In this document: positions 9,714 to 19,141 of the stretch, piece by piece
Layout of the letters: every line of letters starts with the position of its first letter
Numbering within the stretch: position 1 is the first letter of the stretch
Assembly: GCF_017744655.1 (NCBI RefSeq)
Contig: NZ_JAGIAW010000011.1
Location: forward strand, 22,205 to 86,204
Source of the DNA: Devosia sp.
Lineage (GTDB): Bacteria; Pseudomonadota; Alphaproteobacteria; Rhizobiales; Devosiaceae
Reading direction: 5' to 3'
Length of the DNA: 64,000 bases
Notes under the pieces: generated by a model
Seen by the model: the letters and a program-made list of their open reading frames with translations, nothing else
What the model was told of the DNA's origin: nothing
The model's database searches: none
Program-made: the position numbers and the translations under genes

Positions 9714-10037
9714 ATGACCGTGTCCCCCACCCTGCCCGCACCGCTTCCCGAATATTTCGGCCGTACCGATGACACCAAGTTGCTGGACCTGTTTGCACCC
9801 GATGCCACCATCAAGGACGAGGGCAAGGTGCATCAGGGTGCGGCGGAGATTTCCGAATGGCTCGAAAGCGTCGAGGCCCGCTACCACCCGCGCTATCGCG
9901 TGATCGCTGCAGAACAGGACGGCGAGCGCGCAACTGTCACCTTCGTGGTGTCGGGCACCTTTCCGGGTAGCCCCGCCACCCTGCGCCAAAACTTCGTGCT
10001 GACCGGAAACCGTATCCAGCGCATTGAAACACTGTGA
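9714..10037 (+). CDS. SnoaL-like / NTF2-fold small protein
   Basis: 107-aa ORF with GAGG 7 nt upstream of ATG 9714 (alternative GTG at 9702). The size and alpha+beta pattern (FAPDATIKDEG..HQG..I..W) resemble SnoaL-like polyketide cyclase family proteins. Confidence 0.55.
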   Translation: MTVSPTLPAPLPEYFGRTDDTKLLDLFAPDATIKDEGKVHQGAAEISEWLESVEARYHPRYRVIAAEQDGERATVTFVVSGTFPGSPATLRQNFVLTGNRIQRIETL

Positions 10038-10100
10038 CGTCCCAAAACCGGGCAGATTTTGCCCAGTTGAGACGCGAGCATTAACGTTTGGTCCAAAAGC

Positions 10101-10170
10101 AGAACGAACAGGGGCAGAATCAAGCTTTTCGGACAATGCCGGCTTTGTTCTCCACGATGGGTAGTGGGTC
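10101..10170. repeat. Copy B of the ~70-nt intergenic repeat
   Basis: AGAACGAACAGGGGCAGAATC..GGCTTTGTTCTCCACGATGGGTAGTGGG. See copy A. Confidence 0.7.
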
Positions 10171-10294
10171 ACACCGACCCGGAGCACAAGTCTGGCGCCT
10201 CCTCGGCGAAACCACTGGAAATCGTATTCATCTGCATAAACAATGACTTAAAAATGTGGGGCGACGCGACTTTCCTGCCGGCGTGTTACCGCAA

Positions 10295-10319
10295 CAAAAA
10301 AGGGCGCCGCGGCGCCCTT
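10295..10319 (-). terminator. Rho-independent terminator downstream of the DUF3108 gene
   Basis: AGGGCGCC/GGCGCCCT stem. On the minus strand it is followed by TTTTTTG. Confidence 0.65.
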
Positions 10320-10402
10320 AATTCCAAAAGCCCGCAATCCGGGGCCAGAAAAATGCAAAATTGAGAAAAAACCTTTTGACCGTGCCAACTTAGGACAGAG
10401 GT

Positions 10403-11176
10403 TCAAAACTCGGCTTTGGTCAGTACCATGGAGAGATCGCCCATCGAGGTGCCGAGCAGCACGCGATAGGGGATGAAATAGCCGCTATCACCGAGGGGCA
10501 TGTACCAAATCAGGATACGGCTCTCGTCGGCGAGGTAATTGGTGATCTCATTGTTCTGATAGTGCCCGGAGATCGGTTCATAGGCGACCGAACAGAGCAC
10601 CACCGGCCCCTGATAGCCCGTGCGCGGCGAAGTGGCATTGTCATCGCTGACGAAGCTCATATCGAGATTGAAACGCTCGACCCCGGTAAAGACCCGCATG
10701 CGCCGATCGCAAAGGCTCTTGTCCAGCGCCCTTCCCTTGAGCACGAAGGACGACACGAAATCCGCCACCCCGGTGAGGTGGCTGCGCTCGAGCGGCACGC
10801 GGTCATAGTCGCTGACCGGCGGATCGACCTTGAAGGACGAGACATTTTGTCCGGCAAAGCCGACATCGACCTTGAAAGTCTGGCCGCTGGCGCGTGTTTC
10901 CAGCGCAAAGCTTTCCGAACGCAGCGTCCCGCCCGAGGATTTGCCCTTGGCGGTGACATTGGCCGTACCGCTCGCCACCACCGCACCGAGCCCGGCGACA
11001 TTAGCCTTGACGCCCAGCGTATAGGAACTGCCATCGTCATCGAGGTCGATATGCATCATGGCGACATTGATGCCGCCAAGGGTCAGCACATAGCTGGCCG
11101 TTGCATCGACCGGCGCAGCCTGCGCTTGGGAAAGGCCTAGAAGAAGGGCGGAGGCAGCAAGGCTGGTTCGGATCAA
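10403..11176 (-). CDS. DUF3108-like secreted protein
   Basis: Signal peptide MIRTSLAASALLLGLSQAQA followed by a beta-rich sequence. Position next to rpmB matches the usual Rhizobiales arrangement for DUF3108 proteins. Confidence 0.6.
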   Translation of the reverse strand: MIRTSLAASALLLGLSQAQAAPVDATASYVLTLGGINVAMMHIDLDDDGSSYTLGVKANVAGLGAVVASGTANVTAKGKSSGGTLRSESFALETRASGQTFKVDVGFAGQNVSSFKVDPPVSDYDRVPLERSHLTGVADFVSSFVLKGRALDKSLCDRRMRVFTGVERFNLDMSFVSDDNATSPRTGYQGPVVLCSVAYEPISGHYQNNEITNYLADESRILIWYMPLGDSGYFIPYRVLLGTSMGDLSMVLTKAEF

Positions 11177-11412
11177 GATAGTGTCTCGTCTCGTGCGGCA
11201 TGGGCCCCAAGAGGGCGCGTTCGCGAATCACCGATGAAAGACCAAGGTGCCGCCGAGATGTGGTACTGGCAAGGCGCTCGCAGGTGTTTGAGGCCCGTGC
11301 GGCTTGACGGGACCGCCCCTTTTCTCTAAGACGCCCGCAGATTTCATCACAATCGAGGCCCGTAGCGGGATTTCCCGCCACGCAGGACCTTTACACAAAT
11401 AGGATATCTACT

Positions 11413-11697
11413 ATGGCACGTCGCTGCGAACTCACCGGTAAGGGTGTTCTGGTGGGCAACACCGTTTCCCACGCTCTCAACCGTCACCGTCGTCGTTTTC
11501 TCCCGAACCTGATCAACGTGACCCTGATCTCCGACGCCCTGCAGCGTCCGATCAAGCTGCGCATTTCTGCTGCAGCTCTGCGTTCGGTCGAGCACCGCGG
11601 TGGCCTCGATGCATTCCTGATCAAGCAGGATGATGCCGATCTGTCCCCGGTCGCCCTGGGCATCAAGAAGGAAGTGCGCGCCGCCCTCGCCGGCTAA
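11413..11697 (+). CDS. rpmB: 50S ribosomal protein L28
   Basis: [33 protein letters not shown] is the canonical L28 N-terminus. Confidence 0.95.
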   Translation: MARRCELTGKGVLVGNTVSHALNRHRRRFLPNLINVTLISDALQRPIKLRISAAALRSVEHRGGLDAFLIKQDDADLSPVALGIKKEVRAALAG

Positions 11698-11719
11698 TCG
11701 CGCTTCTGCTAGAATTTGA

Positions 11720-11757
11720 GCCGCGCGTGCCCCCGGGCCGCGCGGCTTTTGCTTTTT
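11720..11757 (+). terminator. Rho-independent terminator of rpmB
   Basis: GCCGCGCG-loop-CGCGCGGC followed by TTTTGCTTTTT. Confidence 0.8.
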
Positions 11758-11818
11758 ATATAAGTCTCATTCCCGCACCGGTCTTCTGCCGGCTCGTGGC
11801 TAAAAGAGGTGCATTCTG

Positions 11819-12511
11819 ATGCTTTCTCGTTTCCTGGCGGCCGTAGCCGCCATGGTCGTAGTCGTTGCTGCGTCCAATATCCTGGTGCTCTATCCCTTTC
11901 AGGTCCAGCTCGGCTCGGTCAATCTCGCCGACCTCCTGACCTGGGGCGCCTTCACCTTCCCCTTCGCCTTCCTCATCACCGATCTCACCAATCGCTATGA
12001 TGGCCCGCGCAACGCGCGCCGCGTCGTGCTGGTCGGTTTTCTGGTCGGCCTAGCGGTGTCCTTCTATCTGAGCTTCCATCCCCTGCCCTGGAATGCCGGC
12101 GGCACGCCTGCCACGACGCAGCGCATCGCGCTCGCTTCGGCCGCAGCCTTCGTCACCGGCCAGTTGCTCGATATCAGCATCTTCTCGCGCCTCCGCGCCG
12201 CCCGGGCCTGGTTCCTGCCGCCGCTGGTCGCCTCGCTCTTTGGCTCCATGATCGACACGGCAATCTTCTTTACCGTCGCCTTCGCGCCTGTGCTTGCCGG
12301 TATCGACGCGCTTTTCGGCCTCGAGGATGGTTCTCTGGCCTTCCCGGCGCCCTTCCTCGGCATTGGCCCCGAAGTCCCGCTCTGGACCTCTCTGGCTGCC
12401 GGTGATTTCCTCGTAAAATTCCTGGCCGCGCTGGTGCTGCTGGCGCCCTATCGCGCCCTCATGGGCAAGCTCAAGCCGCTGCCGCCGCTCGGCAACCGCA
12501 CGCTCGCCTAG
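11819..12511 (+). CDS. yhhQ: YhhQ/VUT family queuosine-precursor transporter
   Basis: Polytopic membrane protein with ..TWGAFTFPFAFLITDLTNRYDG.. and ..LFGSMIDTAIFFTVAF.., typical of the DUF165/YhhQ family. Confidence 0.7.
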   Translation: MLSRFLAAVAAMVVVVAASNILVLYPFQVQLGSVNLADLLTWGAFTFPFAFLITDLTNRYDGPRNARRVVLVGFLVGLAVSFYLSFHPLPWNAGGTPATTQRIALASAAAFVTGQLLDISIFSRLRAARAWFLPPLVASLFGSMIDTAIFFTVAFAPVLAGIDALFGLEDGSLAFPAPFLGIGPEVPLWTSLAAGDFLVKFLAALVLLAPYRALMGKLKPLPPLGNRTLA

Positions 12512-13212
12512 CAGGTAACGCGAATCTCGGCAAAGCCGGTGGTGGCCTCGTCACCGCCGGAGGTGACCGCGATCATGCAGGCCGTGCCCGGCAAAGGCAC
12601 GGTACTGCCAGAGGGCACAGTGGTGCCGTCGGTCAGCGAAATATAGCCATTGTTGACATTCATCACTTCGATGGTCGTCTCGGTGCCGCAGACGGGATAG
12701 GAGTCCCCGGCGGCAACGAGCAGGCGCATGCCTGAGGGCAAGCAATCGCCATCGCTCTCGGTGGACGCCGTGGGACCCGACGCAGATGGTGCTGCTGTCG
12801 GCACTGCCTCGGCGGCCGCAGCCACGCCGCGCCAATTCTGTTCGAGGATGGCAAGGCGATTTTCGAGCGCCGACAGGGCCGCAGCTTCGGGCGCCTGCGC
12901 CGCGACCGGGGCCGGCGTCGTCTGCGCTCCACGCTGGACATAGAGATCAAGGCTGAGGCGCAACTGGGCGATTTCGGTTGAAACCCGCAGCATTTCCCGG
13001 CGCATATCGGTATAGATCCAGGCGCTGGCTGCAAGGGAGGCAAGCCCGATCACCGCGGCGCAAATGCCGAAGATCAGGTTCTTCTTCAACCGACGCCGGG
13101 GCCGCCTGACCCTGGCAAGGGCCGGAGAGTCAATATCGCCCACGAGCACGTCGGGGGCCTCCCCGGCATTGCCAGTTTCCGGCGATGTCTTCTCGCTCGG
13201 CTTGTCGTCCAC
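12508..13212 (-). CDS. Hypothetical bitopic membrane protein
   Basis: 234-aa ORF with a basic N-terminus, one TM segment (IFGICAAVIGLASLAASAWIY), a coiled-coil-like stretch, an Ala/Pro linker and a Cys-containing C-terminal domain. No family recognised. Confidence 0.5.
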   Translation of the reverse strand: MDDKPSEKTSPETGNAGEAPDVLVGDIDSPALARVRRPRRRLKKNLIFGICAAVIGLASLAASAWIYTDMRREMLRVSTEIAQLRLSLDLYVQRGAQTTPAPVAAQAPEAAALSALENRLAILEQNWRGVAAAAEAVPTAAPSASGPTASTESDGDCLPSGMRLLVAAGDSYPVCGTETTIEVMNVNNGYISLTDGTTVPSGSTVPLPGTACMIAVTSGGDEATTGFAEIRVTC

Positions 13213-13281
13213 GCCGCTCGCTCCTCGTCACATTGGCGTGACGGGGGTCACACCAAACTGGGGCCGAACTAAGGACCAAAT

Positions 13282-14253
13282 CTATTGCGCAGGCGTTGCA
13301 GCGACTTCGGTCGTCGGCTGCGGATTGCCCGTAATCATATTGCCAATGCCCGAAAAGAACCCGGACACCGCCTCGCTTCTTTCCTTGAGCGCCGCTTCAT
13401 TGGCCGCCTGACGTTGGACGCCTGCCGCCACATTGGCGAGAGCGCTGGCATCGGCAACCTTGCGGGCTTCAACCTCGGCATTCTGGTAGGTCGCCGGGCA
13501 CGGCCCGATGGGATTGAGCCCCGATGCCGTCGGATTGAAGATATAGCGCTGCTCGCACACGTCCCATGCCGGCGGGGTCTTGGTCAGGTCGAAATAGTCG
13601 TAGCCTTCCTTGATGTTCCGCCAGAACGCGAGGTGCTGGTTCGAGGCGTTCTGGGTCAGGCTGGCCGTGGTCATGCGGAACGGGAAAATCTGCACCTGGA
13701 AGCTCGGATTGCCGCCCTTGAACGTTTCACGGGCAAGGGCATAGATCTCGGCAATGCCGGCATCGGTCATGGCATAACAGCCGACCGACTTGCAGTCGCC
13801 ATGCACCATCAGGTTCGAACCCGAGCGGCCATTGGCGCGGTCGAACTTGTTCGGGAAGCCGGTATTGAAGGCGAGATAGTAGTTCGACTTCGGATTCATC
13901 AGGCCGGGCGTGATCGTATAGAACCCTTCCGGGCTCTGATAATCGCCTTCCTTGAATTTCGGGCCCAGATCGCCGGAATAGGAGCAGATCTCGTAGGTCT
14001 TGAGTATCTTGTACTGGCCCGAGCTCGTGCGCTTCCACACTTCGAGCTGCTCTTCCTTCTTGAAGATGCGTACAACCATGGCTTCGCCCGGCGAAGAGCC
14101 CATGTCGTGAAGCGCCTTCACCATGGCCGGGGCCAGAGGGATATTGTGCCGGTTGTCGCCACCCCCGACGAAATTGGAGCAGGCGGCGAGCCCGAAGCCC
14201 AGCCACACGATGATGATGAACGCTGCGATGCGATGAAAGAGATTGGCAGTCAC
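13282..14253 (-). CDS. L,D-transpeptidase family protein (YafK/ErfK-like)
   Basis: Signal/anchor sequence followed by ..GDLGPKFKEGDYQSPEGFYTI.. and the catalytic region SNLMVHGDCKSVGCYAMTD (His/Cys of the YkuD fold). Confidence 0.8.
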   Translation of the reverse strand: MTANLFHRIAAFIIIVWLGFGLAACSNFVGGGDNRHNIPLAPAMVKALHDMGSSPGEAMVVRIFKKEEQLEVWKRTSSGQYKILKTYEICSYSGDLGPKFKEGDYQSPEGFYTITPGLMNPKSNYYLAFNTGFPNKFDRANGRSGSNLMVHGDCKSVGCYAMTDAGIAEIYALARETFKGGNPSFQVQIFPFRMTTASLTQNASNQHLAFWRNIKEGYDYFDLTKTPPAWDVCEQRYIFNPTASGLNPIGPCPATYQNAEVEARKVADASALANVAAGVQRQAANEAALKERSEAVSGFFSGIGNMITGNPQPTTEVAATPAQ

Positions 14254-14585
14254 GAACAGGGCCCGAAAAATCCGCCCAGAGGGGCATGGTTAGCGCAGCA
14301 TGACTAGGCTGGGTGAAGGAAGCCTTATCACGCCGCCCGGTCAGGCGGAAAGCTCCCCACTTTCACGCAATAGTGTGGATGCTGGCCGCGCATTTTGACC
14401 CGATGACAGGACTGCTCAAACCCGCTAGAAAGCCTGCAGTGGCCGGAAGGCGGCCCGCAGCTCGCGCCTGGTTCAGGCATGGCAAATACCTTCTTCTTGC
14501 GACATGCGCTTTCCCTTTCCTTTTGGGCGACGCCGTCGGCAATGCGAGCGCTGACTTGACGTTTCGCCCATGTGGAGACGGAACC

Positions 14586-15125
14586 ATGCGCGATTTTCGC
14601 GATGCAAAGGCCATGGCCAAGGCCCTGAAACTGGCCATCGAACAGGACGGCACCGAGATTACCCATACAAGGGCGCTCGAGATCGTCGCCCGCCAGTTCG
14701 ATTTCCCAAGCTGGAACGTGCTTTCCAGCAAGATCGAGAAAGCCGAAGAGACGCCCGCCATTGCCTTCGAACAGGCCGTGCCGATCGTGCGCATCTTCGA
14801 CCTCGCCAAAACCCAGGAATTCTACTTCGACTTTTTGGGCTTCTCGCTCGATTGGGAACACCGCTATGGCGAGAATTTCCCGGTCTATATGCAGGTTTCC
14901 CGCGCCGGACTGCGGTTGCATCTTTCCGAGCATGCCGGAGACGCCACACCCGCCGGCAATATGTGCGTCTATATGAAAGGCATTCGCGCCTTTCATGCCG
15001 AGCTGATCGGGAAGAACTATCGTTACATGAAGCCGGGGCTCGAAAAGAGCGACGACCGGCTAGAAGTGACCGTCACCGATCCCTTCAACAACCACATTCG
15101 CTTCATGGAAATCGTGGGGTACTAG
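14586..15125 (+). CDS. Glyoxalase/bleomycin-resistance superfamily protein
   Basis: The C-terminal half IVRIFDLAKTQEFYFDFLGFSLDWEHR..LHLSEH..DPFNNHIRF is VOC-fold like. ATG 14586 is preferred over the 14313 ORF start because the N-terminal extension is low-quality sequence. Confidence 0.65.
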   Translation: MRDFRDAKAMAKALKLAIEQDGTEITHTRALEIVARQFDFPSWNVLSSKIEKAEETPAIAFEQAVPIVRIFDLAKTQEFYFDFLGFSLDWEHRYGENFPVYMQVSRAGLRLHLSEHAGDATPAGNMCVYMKGIRAFHAELIGKNYRYMKPGLEKSDDRLEVTVTDPFNNHIRFMEIVGY

Positions 15126-15179
15126 CCCCAGGAGAAGCGTCCACCGTCATGGCCAAAACCATGACGGTAGACGAATGCG

Positions 15180-17078
15180 TTAGGTGCTGGCCGCCTTGGC
15201 ATTGGCCTTGGCCACCAGCTCATCGGGGATATCGTCGAAGCTGGCATAGTTCATGTTGTAGAGGCGCGAGTAGAGCCCGCCCAGCTCCATGAGCTGGTCA
15301 TGATTGCCCTCTTCGATCTTCTCGCCGCTCTGCAGCACGATGATCCGGTCGGCACCACGAATGGTGGCGAGACGGTGGGCGATGACGAGGCCGGTGCGTC
15401 CCTTGAGCAGGATTTCGAGCGCCTTCTGGATCTGCCGCTCGGTATAGCTGTCGATATTGGCCGTCGCCTCGTCGAGCACCAGGATTTTCGCGTCGGCAAC
15501 CAGCGCGCGGGCAAAGCTCAGGAGTTGGCGCTGGCCCAGCGACAGGTTGGACCCACGCTGCTCGAGGCGGCTGTCATAGCCACCCGGCAGACGCTCGATG
15601 AACTCATGCGCACCCACAGCCTTGGCCGCCGCAATAACATCTTCACGGGTCGCCGAAGCCTTGTTGTACTTGATGTTTTCAAACACCGTGCCAGTGAAGA
15701 GGAACGGCTCCTGCAGCACCATGGCGACCTGTTCGCCCAACGACTCCTGGGTGACATTGCGCACGTCGTGCCCACCAACCAGCACCGCGCCGCCCTGCAC
15801 TTCATAGAAACGATGAACGAGCGCCATGGCACTGGTCTTGCCCGAGCCGGTCGGGCCGACAAGCGCTACGGTTTCTCCGGGATTCACCCGGAAGGAGACG
15901 TTCTTGAGCACCGGCCGATTGGGGTCATAGCCAAAGACCACATCGTGGAAGGCCACCGAGCCGTCCATATCGCCAGTCAGCGTCAGCGCATCAGGCTTGT
16001 CGGTAATGGTCACCGGCAAGTCCAGCACTTCGGTGATGCGACGCCCCGAAGTCATGGCGCGCTGCATGATCGAATACTGCATGGTCAGCGAGCGGATCGG
16101 GTCGAAGAAGCGCTGGATATAGAACAGGAACGCCACGATGACGCCGACCTGCAAAGTGCCATTGAGCACCAGCGAGCCACCGACCAGCACCACGGTCGCC
16201 ATGGCGATACCGGTGAGGCTGTCGACGATGGGAACCATCACCTGCGCATATTTCGAGCCGGTGAGCTGGGTTTCGAGGTTGTGATAAGCCTTGTCATCAT
16301 AGAGGTCGAAATTGACCTGCTGGCGCTCGAGGTTCTGCACCGTGCGCACGCCATTGATGCCTTCGGCCATGGCGCCATTGGTCAGTGAGTTCGTCTCATG
16401 CGCTGCCCAGAAGGCGCGCTTGGCCGGTGGCAGCCAGAAGATGCGGACGATGAACAGCACCGGCATGGTGACGAGCGTCAGCAGCCCCAGCCAGGGATCA
16501 AGCGTCAGCAAAACCGCGACAATGCCGAACAGCAACACGATGTCGCCGACGGAAATGACCGAGGTCTCCAGAAATTCCTGCATGGAATTGACGTCACCCT
16601 GCAAGCGGCTCATCAGGCGACCGACTTCGGTCTTGTCCATGAAACTCAGGGACACGCGCTGAAGCTGCGCAAACATGGCGCGGCGCATGTCGAAGAGCAC
16701 ATTTTCCGCGACCTGCCCCACCTGCGTTTCCTGCACATAGGACGCGCCGAAATTGAACAGCACGGCCACCGCAAAAGCCACCACGGCCCAGATCAGGTTG
16801 GTGGCATCGCCTCCCGGCACCAGCGCCCCGTCAATGGCCCAGCCGATGATCAGCGGAATGGCAAGCTGGGTCACGGTGAACACCAGCACCGCCGCCACCG
16901 ACAGGTAGATCTTCACGCGATACGGCTTCACGAAAGCCCAGATACGCCGCACGGTTTTCGGGTCATAGGCCTTGCCAAAGACCTCTTCCTCGATGCGATG
17001 GCTGCCTACGGAAGCGCGCGGCGGCCGTTGGCCCGGAAAACTTGCGACGTCCCGTTCGTCGTCCTCGACCACGCTCAT
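15180..17078 (-). CDS. ABC exporter, fused permease/ATPase (second subunit of a heterodimer)
   Basis: Six-TM exporter domain plus Walker A GPTGSGKTS, signature LSLGQRQ and Walker B ILVLDEAT. ATGA overlap with the upstream partner. Confidence 0.9.
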   Translation of the reverse strand: MSVVEDDERDVASFPGQRPPRASVGSHRIEEEVFGKAYDPKTVRRIWAFVKPYRVKIYLSVAAVLVFTVTQLAIPLIIGWAIDGALVPGGDATNLIWAVVAFAVAVLFNFGASYVQETQVGQVAENVLFDMRRAMFAQLQRVSLSFMDKTEVGRLMSRLQGDVNSMQEFLETSVISVGDIVLLFGIVAVLLTLDPWLGLLTLVTMPVLFIVRIFWLPPAKRAFWAAHETNSLTNGAMAEGINGVRTVQNLERQQVNFDLYDDKAYHNLETQLTGSKYAQVMVPIVDSLTGIAMATVVLVGGSLVLNGTLQVGVIVAFLFYIQRFFDPIRSLTMQYSIMQRAMTSGRRITEVLDLPVTITDKPDALTLTGDMDGSVAFHDVVFGYDPNRPVLKNVSFRVNPGETVALVGPTGSGKTSAMALVHRFYEVQGGAVLVGGHDVRNVTQESLGEQVAMVLQEPFLFTGTVFENIKYNKASATREDVIAAAKAVGAHEFIERLPGGYDSRLEQRGSNLSLGQRQLLSFARALVADAKILVLDEATANIDSYTERQIQKALEILLKGRTGLVIAHRLATIRGADRIIVLQSGEKIEEGNHDQLMELGGLYSRLYNMNYASFDDIPDELVAKANAKAAST

Positions 17079-18931
17079 TGGGCGGCCCTTTCTACGTCGA
17101 TATCCTCGGTCGGTCGCGTCTGGAGGTCATAGAGCGCGCTATAGCGCCCACCCTGAGCCAGCAGCTCGGCATGGCTGCCGCGCTCGACGATCTCGCCGTC
17201 TTCGAGGAACAGAATAGTGTCGGCATGCATCAGCGATGACAGGCGATGCGCGATGATGATGGTCACGCGATCGCTGGCATAGGCGCGGATGGCCGAGCGG
17301 ATGCGATGCTCGGTGCCGGCATCAATGGCGGCGGTCGAGTCGTCGAAGACCATTACCGCCGGGCGCAGTACGAGGCTACGGGCAATCGCAAGGCGTTGCC
17401 GCTGGCCGCCCGAAAGCGACACGCCGCGTTCACCAACCACCGTGTCATAGTCGGTCGGCAGGCCCATGATGTAATTATGGAGCTGGGCGCTTTCTGCCGC
17501 CTTCTCGATCTTGGTTTCCTTGGCCCAAGGATCGCCATAGGCGATGTTGTTTTCGATCGTGGTGGTGAAGAGGAACGAGTCCTGCTGCACCACGCCGACC
17601 TGCCGACGCAGGGATTCGAGCGTCACATCGCGCACGTCCTGCCCGTCAATGGTCACGCGGCCCGAGGTGACGTCGTAAAAGCGCGGGATGAGATGAGCGA
17701 CGGTCGACTTGCCGCTACCCGGCGCACCGACAATACCGATGGTCTCGCCGGCCCGACCTTCGAAGGTAATCCCCTTGAGCGTCGGATGGGTGGCGCCGGG
17801 ATAGGTGAAGTGCACGTTCTCGAAGCGCAAGGTGCCTTCGCCAAGCTGCAGCGGCACGGCACCGGGCTTGTCCTCGATCTCGATGGCCTGATCGATGAAG
17901 GCATAGAAGCGCTGGCCACAGGTATCGGCGCGGGCGAAGGAGTTGACCATCAGGCCGAGCTGACGCACCGGCATCTGCAGGATGGTCATGAAGGTCAGGA
18001 AGCTCGCGAGCGTACCGACGCTCATCTCCCCGCCGATGACCTTGTTGCCGCCAACCCAGAGCACAAGGCCCATCGCCGCGAAGAAGGAGAAGGTCATCAT
18101 CGAGGTGTTCTTGACGCGGATGAGCACACGCTCATGCGCCAGTTCCAGCGCCGATTTCGACGACCGATCGAATTTGTCGAGTTCGAATTTCTGGCCCGAG
18201 AAGGCGCGCACCACGCGGATGCCGCCGAGATTCTCTTCCATGACGCGGGTCATGATCGAAAGCCGCTCCTGCAACACGACCCAGGTGGCACGCAGCATCA
18301 ACTGCGCCACCGAAGAGCGCCAGGCAACGAACGGCACGAAGCTCAACGCCAGGAGGCCAAGCACCACATCTGTGCTCAGCAGCATATAGGCGCCCACCCC
18401 GATCAACACCGTGAGCAGGATCGTGCGCACGAAGCCGGTCGAAAAGAACATACGTACGCCGTCGAGATCGAGCAGGCCCAGGGTGATCAGGTCACCCGAA
18501 TGCACGCGGTCATGGTAGGAATAGGAGAGTTTTTGCACCTTGTCGTAGAAGGCGAGGCGCAGCTCATAGCCGACATGGTGGCCGACCGATTCCGAATAGT
18601 AGTTCTGGACGAGGGTGAACAGGCCACGCGCCACCGAGACGAGGAGCAGCGTTACCGCGCTCCAGAGCAATGCCTGCTGGGCCCCCTCTGCCGCCGTGCT
18701 CAGCACATTTTGTGCCTGATCCACCGCATGGCCGAGCAGGCGCGGAATCATCAATTGCAACACCGAGGCGATGATCGTTGCACCAATGGCTAGGCTCGCC
18801 TGCCAATAATGCCGCAGGGAGAAGAAGGTGATGCGCAACAACGGGCTTCGGCCTTTGCCGGCATATACGGCGGCCAAGTGAGCCCGAGCATCGCCGCGTG
18901 AACGTTCGCGGCCAGCCTTGAGGGTAGGCAA
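17075..18931 (-). CDS. ABC exporter, fused permease/ATPase (first subunit of a heterodimer)
   Basis: Walker A GAPGSGKST, signature LSGGQRQ and Walker B VMVFDDST. The start is a TTG at 18931 and is uncertain. Confidence 0.85.
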   Translation of the reverse strand: MPTLKAGRERSRGDARAHLAAVYAGKGRSPLLRITFFSLRHYWQASLAIGATIIASVLQLMIPRLLGHAVDQAQNVLSTAAEGAQQALLWSAVTLLLVSVARGLFTLVQNYYSESVGHHVGYELRLAFYDKVQKLSYSYHDRVHSGDLITLGLLDLDGVRMFFSTGFVRTILLTVLIGVGAYMLLSTDVVLGLLALSFVPFVAWRSSVAQLMLRATWVVLQERLSIMTRVMEENLGGIRVVRAFSGQKFELDKFDRSSKSALELAHERVLIRVKNTSMMTFSFFAAMGLVLWVGGNKVIGGEMSVGTLASFLTFMTILQMPVRQLGLMVNSFARADTCGQRFYAFIDQAIEIEDKPGAVPLQLGEGTLRFENVHFTYPGATHPTLKGITFEGRAGETIGIVGAPGSGKSTVAHLIPRFYDVTSGRVTIDGQDVRDVTLESLRRQVGVVQQDSFLFTTTIENNIAYGDPWAKETKIEKAAESAQLHNYIMGLPTDYDTVVGERGVSLSGGQRQRLAIARSLVLRPAVMVFDDSTAAIDAGTEHRIRSAIRAYASDRVTIIIAHRLSSLMHADTILFLEDGEIVERGSHAELLAQGGRYSALYDLQTRPTEDIDVERAAQ

Positions 18932-19141
18932 GGGATTATCCAGACATCAAAAAGTGGGGCCCGAACGGGGAGGCGGGGATCCGTCGACCGAGGATCGGGC
19001 AAATCAATGCCTGCCTATAAAAGTCGCATTGCGCGTACCATTCAAGGTGCAAATTGCGCAAAATTTGCAACTTTTTGGCGCCCCGCTACGCGAGACGCCA
19101 AAAAGGGGTTTGTTGGCCATCTGAGGGATGGCGTGGGCGAT

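Noticed and set aside
9229-9798. 5' extension of the helicase ORF (the track gives 6211-9798, 1195 aa)
   Set aside because: The extra 190 residues have no helicase-like sequence. They are lower-GC, run through the intergenic repeat, and overlap the SnoaL-like gene on the other strand. The Walker A motif lies ~15 aa after the ATG at 9228.
11758-11818. Possible preQ1 riboswitch upstream of the yhhQ-type transporter
   Set aside because: I could not find the preQ1-I or preQ1-II consensus hairpin plus A-rich tail in the 60-nt leader. It would need a covariance-model scan to exclude fully.
14313-14585. N-terminal 91-aa extension of the glyoxalase-family ORF
   Set aside because: The extension is basic and low-complexity and lacks family resemblance. 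The recognisable domain sequence begins at the internal ATG 14586.
13285-18793. Plus-strand ORFs 13285-14307, 15300-16388, 16398-17132 and 17246-18793
   Set aside because: They are antisense to the L,D-transpeptidase and the two ABC exporter genes, and no motifs are recognisable.
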